From an archaeon (GTDB lineage Archaea; SpSt-1190): DNA of 47,943 bases. Position numbers and translations under genes: made by a program. The notes under the pieces are model-generated. The model did no database searches. It was not told the origin of the DNA and saw only the letters and a program-made list of their open reading frames with translations. The stretch is taken from NCBI GenBank assembly GCA_011049195.1, contig DSCG01000004.1, positions 1 through 47,943 on the forward strand, read 5' to 3'. Of the stretch, positions 45,896 to 47,943 are shown in pieces (the stretch's first letter is position 1; the number at the start of each line of letters is the position of its first letter).

Positions 45896-46278
45896 GATGA
45901 GGCAGCCTTAAGCTTGTCCCTGACCGCATAGGCTTGGGAGACCAGGAGAGGGTCATCAAGTTTGAAGATTGAGTTGGGATAATCAAAATCAACTGCACTC
46001 TTTTCCAGAGCCGTGCCGGAGTCAGTGAGTTGAATAACGTCACATTTGCCTTTTCTCTGCCGGGTGATGAGCCCTCTCCGAACCATTGAGTCGACAAAGG
46101 CTTTCAGCTCGCGGGAATACGGACCATATTTATAATCCCTGAAGGGGAAGGGGAGGGGGACGCCATGCTCATGTTTCAGGAGAAAGACCAGCTTCTGGAA
46201 ACGCTTGACTCCAAACACGGCCCCACCCTGGAGTCTAATAATCCTTAGAAGGGTGGTTGTGACTATGTCCTCAACCAT
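45892..46278 (-). CDS. YwgA/SocA(Panacea)-like winged-helix protein, putative antitoxin
   Basis: KRFQKLVFLL...F..YKYGPYS.EL...L...GLI....LT..G. Confidence 0.7.
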   Translation of the reverse strand: MVEDIVTTTLLRIIRLQGGAVFGVKRFQKLVFLLKHEHGVPLPFPFRDYKYGPYSRELKAFVDSMVRRGLITRQRKGKCDVIQLTDSGTALEKSAVDFDYPNSIFKLDDPLLVSQAYAVRDKLKAASS

Positions 46279-46398
46279 TGATAGATTTAGGCTTTGGAAT
46301 TATAAAAGCTCACCTAATACGACCAATAATACCGCTAAGCTACTGAGCCAATGCAAGAAACCAAAAATAAAAGAAAGAAAGGGTGAGGTCGTTAGACC

Positions 46399-47676
46399 TC
46401 ACATAACTTTCTCCTTCAAGTCAATTATCATACCGACTCCCACAGTCATACCCATGTCACGCATGGAGAAGCGTCCCAGAGGCGGGATGTCTTTGTACTT
46501 CTCGGCACACATGGGCTGGTTGGGGGTCAGCTCGACAATGGCGGCGTCACCGGTCTTGATGAAGTCCGGATTTTCAGCAGCCACCTGACCGCTCTTGGGA
46601 TCCAGCTTCTTCAGAAGTTTGGTAATCCTGCATGCCACCTGAGAGGTGTGCATGTGGAAGACCGGAGCATAGCCGACCGCAATCACAGTCGGGTGGTTCA
46701 GAACCACCAGCTGGGCGGTAAAACTCTCCACTACGGTGGGCGGGTTGTCAGCGGGACCTGCAACGTCACCCCTCCGGATGTCGCCTTTGCCGACGCCACG
46801 CACGTTGAAGCCGACGTTGTCGCCGGGGCGGGCCTCCTGCAACTGCTGGTGGTGCATCTCAATAGACTTTACTTCACCACCCACGTTGGAGGGCATGAAG
46901 CTAACCTTGGAGTTGACCTTCAGCACACCGGTTTCCACTCTCCCAACAGGCACGAGGCCTATACCCGAGATTGAGTACGAGTCCTGGATGGGTAACCTCA
47001 GGGGTAGAGCCGCCAGAGTATCGGTGTTGGGAGGTTCAAAGTTGTCAATAGCATCCAGCAGAGTCGGGCCCTTGTACCAGGCCATGTTCTCGGACTTCTT
47101 GCAAATGTTGTCGCCCTTGTAACCGGAAGTCGGGATGAAGGCTATCTTGGTGAGGTCAAAGCCCATCATCTTGAGGTCCTTCTCCAGGTCGGCCTTCACC
47201 TCGTTGAATCTCTTCTCGTCATAGTTGATCTCGTCCATCTTGTTGACGCAAACTGCCAGTTGGTTGATGCCGGCGGTCTTGACCAGAGTTATGTGTTCCT
47301 TGGTCTGGGCCTGGGGGCCCTCCTTGCCGGAAACCATGAGCACTGCGGCGTCGGCCTGACTGGCCCCGGTAATCATGTTTTTAACAAAGTCTTTGTGACC
47401 GGGGGCGTCAATAACCGTGATGTAGTGCTTGTTGGTCTTGAACTCATGGTGGGCGATGTCGATGGTCAAACCACGTTCGCGCTCCTCCTTGAGTCGGTCC
47501 ATAACGAAAGCGAATTCCCAGGTAGCCTTACCACCTTTGTCCGCCTCCTCCTTGAGTTTCCTCATCACATTCTCAGGCACGTGCCCTGTATCATAGAGCA
47601 AACGGCCTACGGTAGTGCTTTTACCGTGGTCCACGTGTCCCACGAACACAACATTTAAGTGGGGTTTTTCTGCCAT
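46399..47676 (-). CDS. tuf: Elongation factor 1-alpha
   Basis: [43 protein letters not shown] upstream. Confidence 0.99.
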   Translation of the reverse strand: MAEKPHLNVVFVGHVDHGKSTTVGRLLYDTGHVPENVMRKLKEEADKGGKATWEFAFVMDRLKEERERGLTIDIAHHEFKTNKHYITVIDAPGHKDFVKNMITGASQADAAVLMVSGKEGPQAQTKEHITLVKTAGINQLAVCVNKMDEINYDEKRFNEVKADLEKDLKMMGFDLTKIAFIPTSGYKGDNICKKSENMAWYKGPTLLDAIDNFEPPNTDTLAALPLRLPIQDSYSISGIGLVPVGRVETGVLKVNSKVSFMPSNVGGEVKSIEMHHQQLQEARPGDNVGFNVRGVGKGDIRRGDVAGPADNPPTVVESFTAQLVVLNHPTVIAVGYAPVFHMHTSQVACRITKLLKKLDPKSGQVAAENPDFIKTGDAAIVELTPNQPMCAEKYKDIPPLGRFSMRDMGMTVGVGMIIDLKEKVM

Positions 47677-47825
47677 ATCTTCTCACCTCATTTTAGCGTA
47701 TTTTACAGCTGACCAACCACTCAGACGTGGTTTTTTAAATATATGCCTCCCGCACCCCCCCCTGGGAGAGCTTTTAAACGGAGAAAATCAAGTTAAGGGT
47801 GGCGGGAACCACCACCCCCGGGATT

Positions 47826-47943
47826 ATGGAGTCCTCCGAATGCGGAATGGCTTCCTACCTGAAAAAAATAGAGGCTTTCAGGCAGGTTCTGGAAAAAGAG
47901 GCGGTCTATTTTGCAAAAGAGCTTGAAAAAAGAGGTCTTCAGG
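47826..47943 (+). CDS. Partial hypothetical protein running off the right edge
   Basis: MESSECGMASYLKKIEAFRQVLEKEAVYFAKELEKRGLQ... open to the end of the window; divergent from tuf. Confidence 0.5.
   Translation, partial: MESSECGMASYLKKIEAFRQVLEKEAVYFAKELEKRGLQ

Overview
Compact, moderately GC-rich archaeal chromosome segment. The archaeal assignment rests on Alba, aEF-1alpha, aIF5A, archaeal SAM synthetase, RFC, pelota, ABCE1, NurA/HerA and TATA promoters. AMP phosphorylase, orphan surface proteins and tight gene packing suggest a DPANN-like lineage (inference). Most of the window is housekeeping: translation, DNA repair, nucleotide-pool sanitation, pyrBI, iscSU and tRNA-His. Five items stand out. 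(1) At the left edge, missing from the ORF track, is the N-terminus of a Cas12a/Cpf1-type protein (FTNLYNLSKTLRFELKPVGKT), preceded by a 31-codon leader ORF. (2) A near-perfect 63-bp x3.65 structured tandem array with its own apparent TATA box lies between rfcS and a Lon-like protease. (3) A family of REP-like palindromes, some with GCGAAGC mini-hairpins, occurs at several loci, one inside a duplicated tRNA-His 3' end. (4) A PIN plus YwgA/Panacea-like pair and iscSU sit between tuf and rps10. (5) A Nudix gene appears to carry an internal deletion. All product calls come from motif recognition by eye; no searches were run.
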